Positions 30,652-45,254 of a stretch of 64,000 bases of DNA are shown piece by piece. This DNA is from the human T2T-CHM13v2.0 reference genome, Homo sapiens. The DNA is taken from NCBI GenBank assembly GCA_009914755.4, contig CP068257.2, positions 16,000,001 through 16,064,000 on the forward strand, written 5' to 3'. The notes beneath the pieces are model-generated. The model saw nothing but the letters and a program-made list of their open reading frames with translations. It searched no databases and was not told where the DNA came from. Position 1 is the first letter of the stretch; the number at the start of each line of letters is the position of its first letter. The position numbers and the translations under genes were made by a program.

Positions 30652-30958
30652 TGGCCAGGCATGGTGGCTCAAGCCTGTAATCTCAGCACTTTGGGAGGCT
30701 GAGGCAGGTGGATTGCCTGAGGTCAGGAGTTCGAGACAGCCTGGCCAACGTGGTGAAACCCCATCTCTACTAAAAATACAAAAATTAGCTGGGTGTGGTG
30801 GCAGGTGCCTGTAATCCCAGCTACTCAGGAGGCTGAGCCAGGAGAATCGCTTAGAACCCGGGAGGCAGAGATTGCAGTGAGCCAAGATTTCACCACTGCA
30901 TTCCTGCCTGGGTGACAGAGTAGTGAGATTCTGCCTCAAAAAAAAAAAAAAAAAAAAA
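30652..30958 (+). mobile_element. Alu SINE (sense)
   Basis: 'ggccaggcatggtggctcaagcctgtaatctcagcactttgggaggctgaggcaggtggattgcctgaggtcaggagttcgagac...' with a ~22-nt poly-A. Confidence 0.9.
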
Positions 30959-31539
30959 GGAAAAAAAGTTAATCACATGTGTCTTTAGATGAATGCACAC
31001 TTACATGTAGACATATAGCTTACAAGGTATATAAGCGCTGGAAAACTTTGTGATTTTGAGTTGGTCTGGTGATAATTTCCAGGCCTTCTCCCTGTAAACG
31101 GCTGCAGAAATAAAAACTCTCTTTCTCCCCAGTTCATCTGCATCTCGTTATTGGGCCACGAGAAATAGCAGCCTGATAGTCAGTTACATCTGGGAACAGT
31201 CCTACAATGCAGTTTTCTGTGTTAGAAATAGCAATAAATCCATTCGAATGCAGGGTCCTGAACTAAGAACCCGTACTTTAAAATCTAACTTTTTCATTGC
31301 CATGGAGTGAGCAAAGGGGAACACAAACAAAAAATTAATAAAAGCAGACCAAAAGTACACTAGAAAAGTAGACAGTGAAAAAAGGAAAGGAGAGATAGAT
31401 ATGACGAAAATAAAGTGTTATATTCAGAAATCAGAAAGTAATACTGATTGTAACATTTGTTAAACTCTTCCTTTATCCCCAGGCTCATGCTAAGCACCTT
31501 ACCTTCATTATTGTATGAAGTCCTCGTGGCAGCTATGTG

Positions 31540-32580
31540 GGCTTGCCACTATTAATATTTCCATATTACAGAAATATAGGGTCCAGCCCTACGGAGCTTG
31601 GCGGGTGTTCTCCTGGTGTGCAGAGATGAGAGATTGTAATAAATAAAGACACAAGACAAAACGATAAAGAGAAAAGAGCTGGACCCGGGGACCACTACCA
31701 TTAAGACGCATAGACTGGTAGTGGCCCTGAACGGCTGGACACACTGATATTTATTGCATATAAGACAAGGGGGCAGGGTAAGGAGGGTGAATCTTCTAAG
31801 TGATTGACAAGGTGAAGCAAGTCACATGATCACAGGACAGGTGGCCCTTCCTTCTTAGGTAGCCAAAGCACACAGAGAGAAGGCAGCATAGGTCAGTGTT
31901 TTCTTCTATGCACTTATAAGAAAGATCAAAGACTTTAAGACTGTCACCATTTCTGCTACCGCTATCTACTACGAACTTCAAAGAGGAACCAGGAGTATGG
32001 GAGGAACATGAAAGTGGACAAGGAGAGTGACCATTGAAGCACAGCACCACAGGGAGGGGTTTAGGCCTCCGGATGACTGCGCGCAGGCCTGGATAATATC
32101 CAGCCTCCCACCAGAAGCTGCTGGAGCAGAGTTTTCCCTGACTCCTCCAAGGAAAGGAGACTCCCTCTCGCAGTCTGCTAAGTAACCGGTGCCTTCCCAG
32201 ACACTGGCGTTACCGCTTGACCAAGGAGCCCTCAAGCGGCCCTTATGCAGGCGTGACAGAAGGCTCACCTCTTGCCTTCTAGGTCACTTCTCACAATGTC
32301 CCTTCAGCACCTGACCCTATACCCACTGGTTATTCCTAGGTTATATTAGTAATGCAACAAAGAGTAATATTAAAAGCTAATGATTAATAATGTTTATAAT
32401 AATGATTGATAATTGTTCATGATCATCTCTATATCTAATTTGTATTATGACTATTCTTATTCTAACTATTTTCTTTATTATACTGAAACAGTTTGTGCCT
32501 TCAGTCTCTTGCCTCGGCACCTGGGTAATCCTCCGCCCTCAGAGACAAGGAATCAAGGGTGAGTCCATTAAGGCAATTTG
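31540..32580. mobile_element. Possible LTR/ERV-derived segment (unclassified)
   Basis: Non-Alu, non-L1 sequence with LTR-like features: 'attgtaataaataaagacac', CpG-containing stretches ('ggatgactgcgcgcaggcctgg', 'accggtgccttcccagacactggcgttaccgcttgacc') and an AT-rich simple region at 32330-32480. The family was not recognised; the call is weak. Confidence 0.25.
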
Positions 32581-32611
32581 CACAAGAAATCCCCAGTAAG
32601 AAAGTAAGTGG

Positions 32612-32912
<301 letters not shown>

Positions 32913-33127
32913 TAAGTGGTAGAACTTGCATATATTAAAAAAAAAAAAAAAAAAGCCCAAGCTGTCTGGACTCCAGAATCTGAACTCGTAGTGGGTATCA
33001 TGGAGAGAGGGAAAAGTATAAATATAAAAAAGAGAAAATATGTAACAAAAGAGAAATTAATTCCTGCTGTATGTGGAGGAGACATTACAGGTAATTGGTC
33101 TCACAAGTGCCAAAATATACGCTACAG

Positions 33128-33613
33128 CAGGTGTCCCCAGCTACTGGGCCAGGGACTGGTACTTGTCTGTAGCCTATTAGGAGCCAATTCACACAGCAGG
33201 AGGTGAGCGGTGGGCGAGTTAGCATTACCACCTGAGCTCTGCCTCCTGTCAGATCAGCAGCAGCGTTAGATTCTCATAAGATTGCAAACCCTATTGTGAA
33301 CTGCACATGCAATGGATCTAGGTTGCATGCTGTTTTTGAGAATCTAATGCCTGATGATCTGTCACTGTCTCCCATCACCTCCCAGATGGGACTGTCTAGT
33401 TGCAGGCAAACAAGCTCAGGGCTCCCACTGATTCTACATGATGGTGAGTTGTATAATTATTTCATTATATATTACAATGTAACATAATAGAAATAAAGTG
33501 CACAATAAATGTAATGTGCTTGCATCATCTTGAAACCATCCCCGCATCCAGTCCATGGAAAAATTGTCTTCCATGAAACTGGTCCCTGGTGCCAAAAAGA
33601 TTGGAGACCACTG
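33128..33613 (-). mobile_element. MER1-type hAT-Charlie non-autonomous DNA transposon with TIRs
   Basis: Termini 'caggtgtccccagctactgggccagggactggtac...' and '...ggtccctggtgccaaaaagattggagaccactg' are inverted copies of the MER1 TIR ('caggggtccccaacc...'). Diagnostic internal segments include '...agattctcataagattgcaaaccctattgtgaactgcacatgc...', '...tgatctgtcactgtctcccatcacc' and '...ggtgagttgtataattatttcattatatattacaatgtaa'. The flanking 8-mers 'cgctacag' and 'ctctatgg' would be a degraded hAT TSD. Confidence 0.7.
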
Positions 33614-34785
33614 CTCTATGGGATCCATGAGCCTTGTACTTTACCCTAAACCAGTGAATTCACAAAGTCAAGGAGTCAGAATGGGTTTCCAAAGCTCTCC
33701 TTGAATGGAAGCAACCAGAAACTGTGGTGTAGATTTTACTTTTACAAAAGTGAAACAATTCTTTTGAATAGAATAACTTTTTATTCTCCTGCTTAGGAGA
33801 ATGTTCACGTGTCCTTTGATAAAAATATTTACACTTATGTATGTATTCACATCGCCGAGTTGGAAAGCAGAATAGGTAGAAGTTCTTTATAACATCTGAT
33901 ATGCAAGAATATGATAATTTTAGACTTTTTGTCCTACAAAGTAGTCCTATGGACCAAAGGTGGATGGCAGATTTATTACTGTTCTTGGGAATTCAGGATG
34001 GGTGTCAAACAGCGATAATCATATTTCATTATGGTCTAGAGTAATTTTAGAAGTTCATTCTGAAAGTTCCAGCATGTATTATTGATTATTGTTCTATATG
34101 AATTAATCACAGATGAAATGTAAGATAGAGTGGTGTCTTGTACAATGAGTTACATAAAATTAAACGGGTCTATACAAAACTTCTTAGTGGTAGAAAAGAA
34201 CAGTAACTGCAATACACCACAAGAGGGCAAACTGGTACTGTTGAATATCAGTAACTTGGCTGCAAAGAGTGCAATGAAAGACAAGGTGATGTCAGATCCA
34301 AGCCAGTTTACTTTTCTGCAATCATTCAAAGATCAAATCAGAAAGCTTTTCTTTAGTAAGTTTTGTGGTATTTGAGAAAAGTAATAAGGTCTTACTAGTT
34401 AGTAAATAAAGCATACTGCTTTTTACTTTCATTGAAAAAAATAAGATTTGTCTCTAAAAATATATTTTCCTGGGTTAATATTGTATTAGATACATACTTT
34501 GTATCATCACCAATTGTCAAGAAAATTTGGGGAAAATTAAAAGAAAAAATTATTTTCTTTTTTATCAGCAGTGTACAGCAATATAGCAAAACAAGCTACA
34601 AATAGGTGAAATTGGGGTTCACTTTAGCAGACAGGAGAAAGGTTAACAAGGTTAAGGTTAATATGATAAATAAATTATGGCAGAGAATTGAGGCAAATGA
34701 ATAGAGATTCAGACAGTTCTCCCTGACGCTTCCCCTTACACATGTAACTAGGTGATTCATTGTAGATTAAAGAATGCCATTTGAC

Positions 34786-35109
<324 letters not shown>

Positions 35110-35359
35110 TTAGGCCCTAAATTGTCTTTTTAATAACGAGTGCAATCTGAAAATGAGGTTCTTTGTATGTTGTGGCCTGAAGATAACGATAAAAGATAAA
35201 GAAACATTGGCAAACTGCAAAATCCTCACAGCACATGCAGTTTAGAGTGATGCTAGAAGTAATGTGATGTTTCCCTATTGAAAGAAAACTTATAAATATT
35301 TTCACTAGGAATGTTCCGTTAGTCCAGGGGTTGGCAACTTTTCCTTTAAAGAGCCAGAT

Positions 35360-35718
<359 letters not shown>

Positions 35719-37642
35719 CTACTCCTTTTTGCCACTGTAGTGTAAAAACAGTCAGAGACAAGCAAATGAATGGACGTCATTGTGTTCCAATAAAACTTTA
35801 GTTAACAAAAATAGATGTCAGGCTAGAATGGCCCCTGGGTTGCAGTTCGTTAAACCCCACTTTAGTCTAGCTGTGGACCCCTTCATAGTAAAGGAGTAAA
35901 TGAGAAGGAGAAATAAACTTGAGACTTGGACGTAGGGACACAAATAGCCTATAACTGGAGAGCAGAAGGTTATAAAAATCTCCACCTCAGGTCCCAAGAG
36001 ATGTTCAACACTCAGAGTCTTAACAAGAAGCAAAAATTGTCTTAGGAAAAAGCGTATTTTAGAAAATTGGTTGAAACACATCCATAGCCTCATGCTTAAA
36101 ATATGTAAATCCTGAAAGTGAAGTAAATCTAAAAATGTATGAGCTGGGGATTCTGTCCTGAGCATCAGAAGCCCGGGCATTTTGAGCCATCAAGAAGTAA
36201 GGAAATGCTTGAATCTTGCAGGAAACAGTAGGGTTTTGCAGCAAGACCATTGTGGGTGACAAATTCGCTCCAAAAAGCACCCTCATTTTCTGAGTGTAAG
36301 GAAACATCCCATAAATTACACCTCACAGACATTTCTAAAAGACCACTGGAAATTTAAAAATTTTGAAAACTTATTTCGTCATTTGTAGAAAGAACAAATT
36401 TTCAAAGAGTGACACATGCATTCTACTTTGATTTGAAAGATGAGCTAAGTTTTTCATGAAATCAACTAATTAATTGCTGGGGGAAAAAATGGCTTAAAAG
36501 AGTATATACTGCAATGGTGCCCAAGTCTGGCTGTAGGAAAATGTCAAGGAGACTTTTGTCAATGAAAAGTGGCAAACTCTGTAAAATATTTGAAGAGATG
36601 TATTCTCAGGTAAATATGAGTGACCAATGGCCTCTGACACAGCCCTCAGAAGATTTTGAGAACACGCACCCGAGGTGGTCGGAGTACAGCTTGGTTTTAT
36701 ACATTTTTGGGAGACATGAGACATCAATGAATACATGTAAGATGTATATTGGTTTGGTCCAGAAAGGTGGGACAACTCAAAGCAGGAGACCTTCCAGGTT
36801 ATATGTAGCTTTAAAGATTTTCTGATTGGCAATTTGTTGAAAGAGTTATTATCAATAGAAAGGAAGGTCTGGTTACAATAAGGGGTTGTAGAAACCAAGG
36901 TTTTATCGTGCAGATGAAGTCTCCTGGTAGCAGCCTTCAGAGAATAGATTGTAAATGTTTCTTATCAGATTTAAAGAGTCTGTTCTGTCAATAATTCCAA
37001 AATGGAGGAGGGTATAATGAGGCATGTCCAGCTCCCCACTCCCATCGTGGCCTGAACTAGTTTTTTCAGGTTAACTTTGAAATGCCCTTGGCTGAGAGGA
37101 GGGGTCCATTCTGTTGGTTGGGGGCGGGGGCCTTAGAATTTTATTTTTTGATTTACTTTTTTTTTTTAAAAAAGCAACACAGCTTCCCAGATTTTACTCC
37201 AAACACTGAATTGGATTTTCTGGAGCCTGTGTGTGACACAGGCATTTTTATGACACTTCCCAGGTGAGTCTTGGTAGAAACCAGGCTAGCACCAGTCCAG
37301 GGAGTGGTATTTAGGAAAGAAAAGGACAAAGTATAAAACTTGGGTTTGATTTTGACCATTGTTGGGGCCAAGGAAAAACTATTTCACCCTCTGAAGGTCT
37401 GGTGAAAAATCAACTCACAAAAGGCATAAAAATCTATTAATGTGCACACAGGGGAGAACCACAGAGCGCATGCAAGGACAAAGCTGAACTGCAACAGGAA
37501 TTTGGAATTGAAAGCCAGTTCCAGTCCCTAATGGGGTGCAGAAGCTTATATACCATCCTGAAGTACAGAAAGGATAGAGGCTCAGAGCATGGCCGATAAA
37601 AGGTTACGGTGGTAAATCAGGTTATAGTGATAAGACAGGCTA

Positions 37643-37860
37643 CAAGAGGGAGAGAAGAGGAGGCCTGTAGCAAAGGTGGTCTTGTTATGTAGGTGAAAAT
37701 TCACAGCTGGCAGCCCTCCAAGAGGGAGAGAAGAGGAGGCCTGGCTAGAAAAGTTGGTCTTGTTATGTAGGTGAAAATTCATAGCTGGCAGCCCTCCAAG
37801 AGGGAGAGAAGAGGAGGCCTGGCTAGAAAAGGTGGTCTTGTTATGTAGCAGACCTCAGAC
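37643..37860. repeat. Tandem repeat, ~78-bp unit x ~2.8 copies
   Basis: 'caagagggagagaagaggaggcctg(g/t)...aaaggtggtcttgttatgtaggtgaaaattca(c/t)agctggcagccctc' recurs at 37643, 37720 and 37798. Confidence 0.8.
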
Positions 37861-38844
37861 TGAATAGATGATGAATGTTTCTTTCAGGCCTTTAAAGGTG
37901 TCAAACTCTCAGTTTATCTTTCCTAGATCCAGACAAGAAAGGGCCTGGGTGCACCGATGCAGATTCTCTACAGAGGTGAATCTTCCTCACAAAAGACAGC
38001 TTTGCAGGACAACTTCTGTTTACTGGCTCTGTAACAGCCATCTCAAAATATGTCAACTAAATATATTTGCGTTAAAATATTTTGATTTCCTTCACTATGC
38101 TGAGTTCAAAGCTGCACCCTGCCATGTATTAGTCATTTGTCCCTGAGCTGGTGATGTACTCTTTTAAGGCTTCAGTTACCATCCCCATGACATGAAGCCA
38201 GTGTTTGTCCCTAAGGTAAGGATGGAAAATCTGAGAATGTGACTCTGTGTGGGCTTCAAGTATACATGCTTTATCTCTTTCACACCCTTCTCCTCTTTCT
38301 TCCTGGGAACAATATAACTGGATTTGCTTCACTCAGCAATATACAGAATTTTACTGAAAATGAGAGCCTTTGGAGAAAATATATTATTTTAGCTTTGTTC
38401 CATTGAAGCATTTCTTCCTGAATTTCCTGAGAACTCTGGGTTTATTTATTTTTTAGACTTTTGATTTTATTTATTTATTTATTTTAACTCTTTTTTTCCA
38501 ATAAGTTATTGGGGTTCAGGTGGTATTTGGTTACATGGGTAAGTTCTTTAGTGGTGATTCGTGAGATTTTGGTGCACCCATCACCCAGGCAGTATACACT
38601 GCACCATATTTGTAATCTTTTATCCCTCATCCCCCTCTCACTCTTCCCCCTAAGTCCCCAAAGTCCATTGTATCGTTCTTATGCCTTTGTGTCCTCATAG
38701 CTTAACTCCCACACATCAGTGAGAACATATGATGTTTGGTTTTCCATTCCTGTGTTACTTCATTTAGAATAATAGTCTCCAATCTCATACAGGTAACTGC
38801 AAATGCTGTTAATTCATTCCTTTTTATGCCTGTGTAGTATTCCA

Positions 38845-38845
<1 letters not shown>

Positions 38846-38896
<51 letters not shown>
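38846..38896. repeat. (GT)n microsatellite, ~25 units, inside the L1 3'UTR
   Basis: 'tgtgtgtgtgtgtg...' run followed by 'tatatacatat'. Confidence 0.9.
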
Positions 38897-38901
<5 letters not shown>

Positions 38902-40305
38902 CATATCACAGTTTCTTTATACACTTGTTGATTGATGGGCATTTGGATTGGTTCCATGATTTTGCAATTGTGAATTGTGCTGCTATAAACATGCATGTGC
39001 AAGTATCTTTTTTGAATAATGACTTATTTGCCTCTGGGTAGTAGTGGGATTGCTGGATCAAATGGTAGTTTACTTTTAGTTCTTTAAGGAATCTCCACAC
39101 TGTTTTCCATAGTGGCTGCACTAGTTTCCATTCCCACCAGCAGTGTAGAAGTGTTCCCTGTTCATCATACCCATACCAAACATCTACTGTGTTTTGATTT
39201 TTTGATTATGGCCATTCTTGCAAGAGTAAGGTGGTATCGCATTATGGTTTTGATTTGCATTTCCCTGATCATTAGTAATGTCGAGCATTTTTCCATACGT
39301 TTGTTGGCCATTTGTATATCTTCTTTTGAGAATTGTCTATTCATATCCTTAGCCCAGTTTTTGATGGGATTGTTAGTTTTTTTCTTACTGATTTGTTTGA
39401 GTTCATTGTAGATTCTGGATATTAATCCTCTGTCAGATGTGTAGATTGTGAAGATTTTCTCCCATTCTGTCTGTTTACTCTGCTGACTGTTCCTTTTGCT
39501 GTGCAAAAGCTCTTTAGTTTAATTAGGTCCCAACTATTTATCTTTGTTTTTGCTCCATTTGCTTTTGGGTTCTTGGTCATGAAATTCTTGCCTCAGCCAA
39601 TGTCTAGAAGGGCATTTCCAATGTTATCTTCTAGAATTTTTTATAGTTTCAGGTCTTAGGTTTAAGTCCTTAATCCATCTTGAGTTGATTTTTTATAAGG
39701 TGAGAGATGAGGATCCAGTTTCATTCTCCTACATGTGTCTAGCCAATTATCCCAGGATCATTTGTTGAAAAGGGTGTCCTTTCCCCACTTTATGTTTTCA
39801 TTTGCTTTGTTGAAGATCAGTTGGCTGAAAGTATTGGGTTTATTTCTGGATTCTCTTTTCTTTTCCATTGGTCTATGTGCCTATTTTTATACCAGTACCA
39901 TGCTGTTTTGGTGACTATGGCCTTATGGTATGAGTTCTGCTCTGATCTTGGTTATTTCCTATCTTCTGCTGGGTTTGGGTTTGAAATCAAGTAGTGTGAT
40001 GCCTCCAGATTTGTTCTTTTTGCTAAGTCTTGCTTTGGCTGTGTGGGCTCTTTTTTGGTGCCATATGAATTTTAGAATTGTTTTTTCTAATTCTGTGAAG
40101 AGAGATGGTGGTATTTTGATGGGGATTGCATTGGATTTGTAGATTTCTTTTGGCAGTATGGTCATTTTCAAACAATATTGATTCTACCCATCCATGAGCA
40201 TGAGATATGTTTCCATTTGTGCCATCTATGATTTCTTTCAGCAGTGTTTTTTAGTTTTCCTTGTAGAAGTCTTTCTACTCCTTTGTTAGGTATATTCCTA
40301 AGGTT

Positions 40306-40334
40306 TTTGTTTGTTTGTTTGTTTGTTTGTTTTG
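40306..40334. repeat. (GTTT)n microsatellite inside L1
   Basis: 'tttgtttgtttgtttgtttgtttgtttg'. Confidence 0.8.
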
Positions 40335-43300
40335 TTTTTTTTTTCAGCTATTGTAAAAGGGGTTGAGTTCTTGATTTGATTCTCTGCTTGGTCGCTGTTG
40401 CTGTTTAGAAAAGTTACTGATTTGTATACATTAATCTTGTCTCCAGAAACTTTGCTGAATTCTTCTATCAGTTCTAGGAGCTTTCTGGAGGAATCCTTAG
40501 GTTTTTCAAGGTAAACAGTCAGCAAATGGTGACAGTTTGACTTCCTTTTTACCTGTTTGGATGCCCTTTATTTCTTTCTGTTGTCTGATTGCTCTGGCTA
40601 GGATTTCCAGTACTATGTTGAAGAGGAGTGGTGAGAGTGGACATCCCTGTCTTGTTCCCATTCTCAGAGGAAATGCTTTCAACTTTTCCCCATTCATTAT
40701 TATGTCGACTGTGGGTTTTTCATAGATGGCTTTTATTACATTAAGGTATGTCCCTTATATGCCAATTTTGCTGAGAGTTTTAACCATAAAGGGATGCTGG
40801 ATTTTGTCAAATTTTTTTTTCTGCATCTATTGAGATGATCATGTGATTTTTGTTTTTAATTCTGTTTATGTGGTGTATCACATTTATTGACTTGCGTATG
40901 TTAAACCATCCGTGCATTCCTGGTATTAAACCCACTTGCTCATGATGGATTATCTTTTTGATATGTTGCTGGATTCGATTAGCTAGTATTTTGTTAAGGA
41001 TTTTAGCATCTATGTTCTTCAAGGATATTGGTCTGTAGTTTTCTTTTCTGGTTTTGGTATTAGGGTGATATTGGCTTCACAGAATGAATTAGGGAGGGTT
41101 CCTTCTTTCTCTGTCTTGTGGAATAGTGTCAATAGGATTGGTATCAATTCTTCTTTGAATGTCTAGTAGAATTCTGCTGTGATTCCGTCTGGTCCTGGAC
41201 TTTTTTTTGTTGGTAATTTTTAAATTACAATTTCAATCTCACTGCTTGTTACTGGTCTGTTCAGGGTATCTAATTCTTCATGATTTAAGCTAGGAGGGTT
41301 GTATTTTTCAAGGAGTTTATTCATCTATTTTAGGTTTTCTAGTTTATATGCATAAGGGTGTTCATAGCAGCCTTGAATGAACTTTTGTATTTCAGTGGTG
41401 TCAGTTGTAATATCTCCTGTTTCCTTTCTTAGTGAGGTTATTTAGATTTTCTTTCTTCTTTTTGTGGTTATCTTGCTAATGGTCTATCAATTTTACTTAT
41501 CTCTCAAAGAACCAGCTGTTTGTTTCATTTATCTTCTGTCTTGTCTTTTTATTTCAATTTCATTTAGTTCTGCTCTGATCTTGGTTATTTCCTCTGTTCT
41601 GCTGGGTTTGGGTTTGGTTTGTTCTTGTTTCTCTAGTTCCTTGAGATGTAACCATAGATTGTCTATTTGTGATCTTTCAGACTTTTTGATGTAGGCATTT
41701 ATGACTATGCAGTTTCCTCTTAGCACTGCCTTTGCTGTATCCCAGAGGTTTTGATAGATTGTGTCATTATTGTCATTCAGTTCAAAGAATTTTTAAATTT
41801 CCATCTTGATTTCCTTTTTGACGCAATGCTCATTGAGGAGCCAGTTATTTAATTTCCATGTATTTGCATGGTTTTGAAGATTCCTTTTGGAGTTGATTCC
41901 CAGTTATATTCCACTGTGGTCTGAGAGAGTGCTTGATATAATTTCGATTTTCTTAAATTTTTTGAGGCTCATTTTATGGCCTATCATATTGTCTGTCTTG
42001 GAGAAAGTTCCATGTGCTGTTGAATAGAATGTGTGTTCTGTGGTTGTTGGATGAAATGTTCTGTGTATATCTGTTAAGTCCATTTGTTCCAAGATATAGT
42101 TTAAGTCCACTGTTTCTTTGTTGAATTTATGTCTTGATGACCTGTCTAGTGCTGTCTGTGGAGTATTGAAGTCCCCCACTATTATTATGTTTCTGTCTAT
42201 CTCATCTCTTAGGTCTATTAGCAATCGTTTTATAAATTTGAGACCTCCAGTGTTAGGTGCATATATGTTTAGGATTGTGATATTTTCCCACTGGACAAGG
42301 CCTTGTACCTCTTTGTCTCTTTTAGCAGATGTTGCTTTAAAATTTGTTTTGTCTGATATAAGAATAGCTACTCCTGCTTGCTTTTGGTGTTCATTTGCAT
42401 GAAATGCCTTTTTATACCCCTTTACTTTAAACTTACGTGAGTGCTTATGTGTTAGTTGAGTCTCTTCAAGGCAGCATATAGTTGGTTGGTGAGTTCTTAT
42501 CCATTCTGTGGTTCTCTATCTTTTAAGTGGAGCACTTAGGCCATTTACATTCAACGTTAGTATTGAAACGTGAGGTACCATTGCTTTCATCATGTTCCTT
42601 GTTGCCTGTGTACTTTGGTGGTTTCTTTTTTGTTTTTGCTTTTTAACTTGTATTTTTGTTTTATAGGTTCTATGTGATTTATGTTTTAAAGAGGTTCTAT
42701 TTTGATTTGTTTCAAGATTTAGAGCTCCTTTAAGCAGTTCTTGTAGTGGTGGCTTGGAAGTGGCAAATTCTCTCAACATTTGTTTGTCTGAAAAAGACTA
42801 TTTTTTCTTCATGTATGATGCTTAGTTTCACTGCATACAAAATTCTTGGCTCATAATTGTTTTGTTTGAGGAGGCTGAAGGTACGTCCCCAATCCCTTCT
42901 AGCTTGTAGGGTTTCTGCTGAGAAATCTGCTGTTAATCTGATAGGTGTTCCTTTGTAGGTTACTTGGTGCTTCTGTCTTGTGGCTTTTAAGATTCTTTCC
43001 TTTGTCTTAACTTTGGATAACCTGATGACAATGTGGCTAGGCAAAGATCTTTTTGCAATGAATTTCCCAGGTGTCCTTTGTGCTTCTTGTACTTGGCTCT
43101 CTAGATCTCTCACAAGGCCAGGGAATTTTTCCTTAATTATTCCCTCAAACATGTTTTCCAGGCTTTTAGAATTCTCTTCTTCCTCAGGTACACCAATTTT
43201 TCTTAGGTTTGGTTGTTTAACATAATCCCAGACTTCTTGGAGGCTTTGTTTATATTTTCTTATTCTTTTCTCTTTGTCAGATTGGGTTAATTCAAAGACC

Positions 43301-45254
43301 TTGTCTTTGAGCTCTGAATTTCTTCCTTCTACTTGTTCAATTCTATTGCTGTGACTTTCCAGAGCATTTCAGATTTCTAAAAGTGTGTCCAAAGTTTCCT
43401 GAATTTTTATTGTTTTTTCTTTAAGTGATCTATATCCATGAATATTTCTCCCTTCACTTCTTGTATCGTTTTTTGGATTTCTTTGCATTGGGCTTCACCT
43501 TTCTCTGGTCCCTCCCTGATTAGCTTATTAACTAACCTCCTGAATTCTTTTTTCAGGTAAATCAGGGATTTCTTCTTGGTTTGGATCCATTGCTGGTGAA
43601 CAAGTGTGATTTTTTGGGGGTATTGAAGAGCCTGGTTTTGTCATATTACCAGGATTGGTTTTCTGGTTCTTTCTCATTTGGGTAGGCTCTGTCAGAGGGA
43701 AGGTCTAGGGCTGAAGGCTGTTGTTCAGGTTCTTTTGTCCCATGGGGTGTTCTCTTGATGTAGTACTGTCTCCCTTTTCCTATAGATGTGGCTTCCTGTG
43801 AGCTGAACTGCAGTGATTGTTGTCTCTCTTCTGGGTCTAGCCACCCAGCGAGTTTCCCAGCTCTGGGCTGGTACTGGGGTTTGTCTGCACAGAGTCCTGT
43901 GATGTGAACCATCTATGGGTCTCTCAGCTGTGGTTACCAGCACCTTTTCGGGTGGAACTGGCAGAAGGTGCAATGGGCTCTGTGAGGTTCCTTAGCTTTG
44001 GTGGTTTAATGCTCTATTTTTGTGCTGTTTGGCCTCCTGCCAGGAGGTGGCGCTTTCCAGAAAGCATCAGCTGCAGTAGTGTGGAGAGGGACTGGCAGTG
44101 GGTGTGGCCCTAGAACTCCCAAGATTATATGCCCTTTGTCTTGCACTACCGGGGTGGATAGGCTAGGACCACCAGGTGGGGGCAGGGCTGGGTGTGTCTG
44201 AGCTCAGACTCTCCATGGGCGGGTCTTGCTGCTGCTGCTGTGGGGGATAGGGTTGAGGTTCCCAGGTCACTGGACTTGTGTACCTAGCAGGATTATGGCT
44301 GCCTCTGCTGAGTCATGCAGGTTGTCAGGGAAGTGGGGGAAAGCCGGCAGTCACAGACCTCACCCAGCTCCCATGCAAACTGAAGGGCTGGTCTCACTCC
44401 CACCATGCCCTGGCCAACAGCCCAGAATCTGTTTCCAGGAGGAGGGTGAGATGGGCTTGAAAATTTGCCTGAGGCTATCCACCTCCCAGCTGGGAGAGAA
44501 TAACGCTTTAGTTCTTCTCCTGCCTGTGAAGTCTGCATGCCTGATTCGTGCCCTCCCGAGTTCTTGCCCAGAGGCTTCTTGCCCTGTTCAAATTGTTACA
44601 AAGTTCAGCTAGAGAATTCCTTCTCCCTGTAGTTTCACCCCCTGCTCCTCTGGCCACCCTCCTGATGTGTGGTCCCAGGCAGGAACTGGCTGCTTAGGGA
44701 CCCAGCGAGCTCCCAGGGCCTTTCTGCTGCTTCCTCTACCCCATATTTCACTCGGCTCTCTAACTGGACTCGGCACCAGGTAAAGTCGAAAACTTCTCCC
44801 TCAAACAGAACTTCGGTTTCTCCAGTGGGTGTGTGTGTCCAGGAGAGGTGGATCTTCCTTTCCCACTTCTATGGTTGGGACACTCACAGTATTTGGGGTG
44901 TCTCCCAGGTCCTGCAGGAGCAGTCTGCTTCCTTCAGAGGATCTGTAGTTCCTCTCGGTGTTGCTGGTTTGTTTTTGCAGTCAATGTATTTGACTTTTTA
45001 AAATTCTGGTCCAACGTATTTTAAATCCCCAATTCATGGGTTATAATCACAAAGACATAAGGATGAATTTGAGGCTCTGGAACTGAGCTCCTGGGTCTCT
45101 GTCTTGCCTGATCCTCTTAGCTGGAGGCAGAGTCAGAGCTCTGGGTTTAGGTCACTTGAGCAGGTACAGAATAGTGTGAGTGATGGATGGGTTAATATGC
45201 CTACCATCTCTTCTCTTAAGCACCAGGTGGGGAGAAGACCAAGCAGGGAGATGT

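Larger units (their letters stand above)
38490..45000 (-). mobile_element. Near full-length LINE-1 (L1PA/L1PB-type), antisense, with degraded ORF1 and ORF2
   Basis: The antisense 3'UTR lies at 38490-38840. ORF2 fragments on the minus strand include '...MAIIKKS...', '[41 protein letters not shown]', the reverse-transcriptase stretch '[34 protein letters not shown]' and the endonuclease stretch 'IVGDFNTPQTALDRSSR...YTFYSTAHGTFSKTDNMIGHKMSLKKFKKIEI'. The ORF1 C-terminus 'RTPGKFIAKRSLPSHIVIRLSKVKTKERILKATRQKHQVTYKGTPIRLTADFSAETLQARRDWGRTFSLLKQNNYEPRILY' is at 42730-43152. The antisense 5'UTR at about 43600-45000 is homologous to the 5'UTR of the plus-strand L1 at 59380-60690. Multiple frameshifts and stops are present; the 5' boundary is approximate. 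Confidence 0.9.

Noticed and set aside
38846-38896. The alternating-amino-acid ORFs ('MCVCVCVCV...', 'HTHTHTHT') at 38814-39041, 58485-58694 and 20812-21003
   Set aside because: These are translations of (GT)n/(CA)n microsatellites, not coding sequence.
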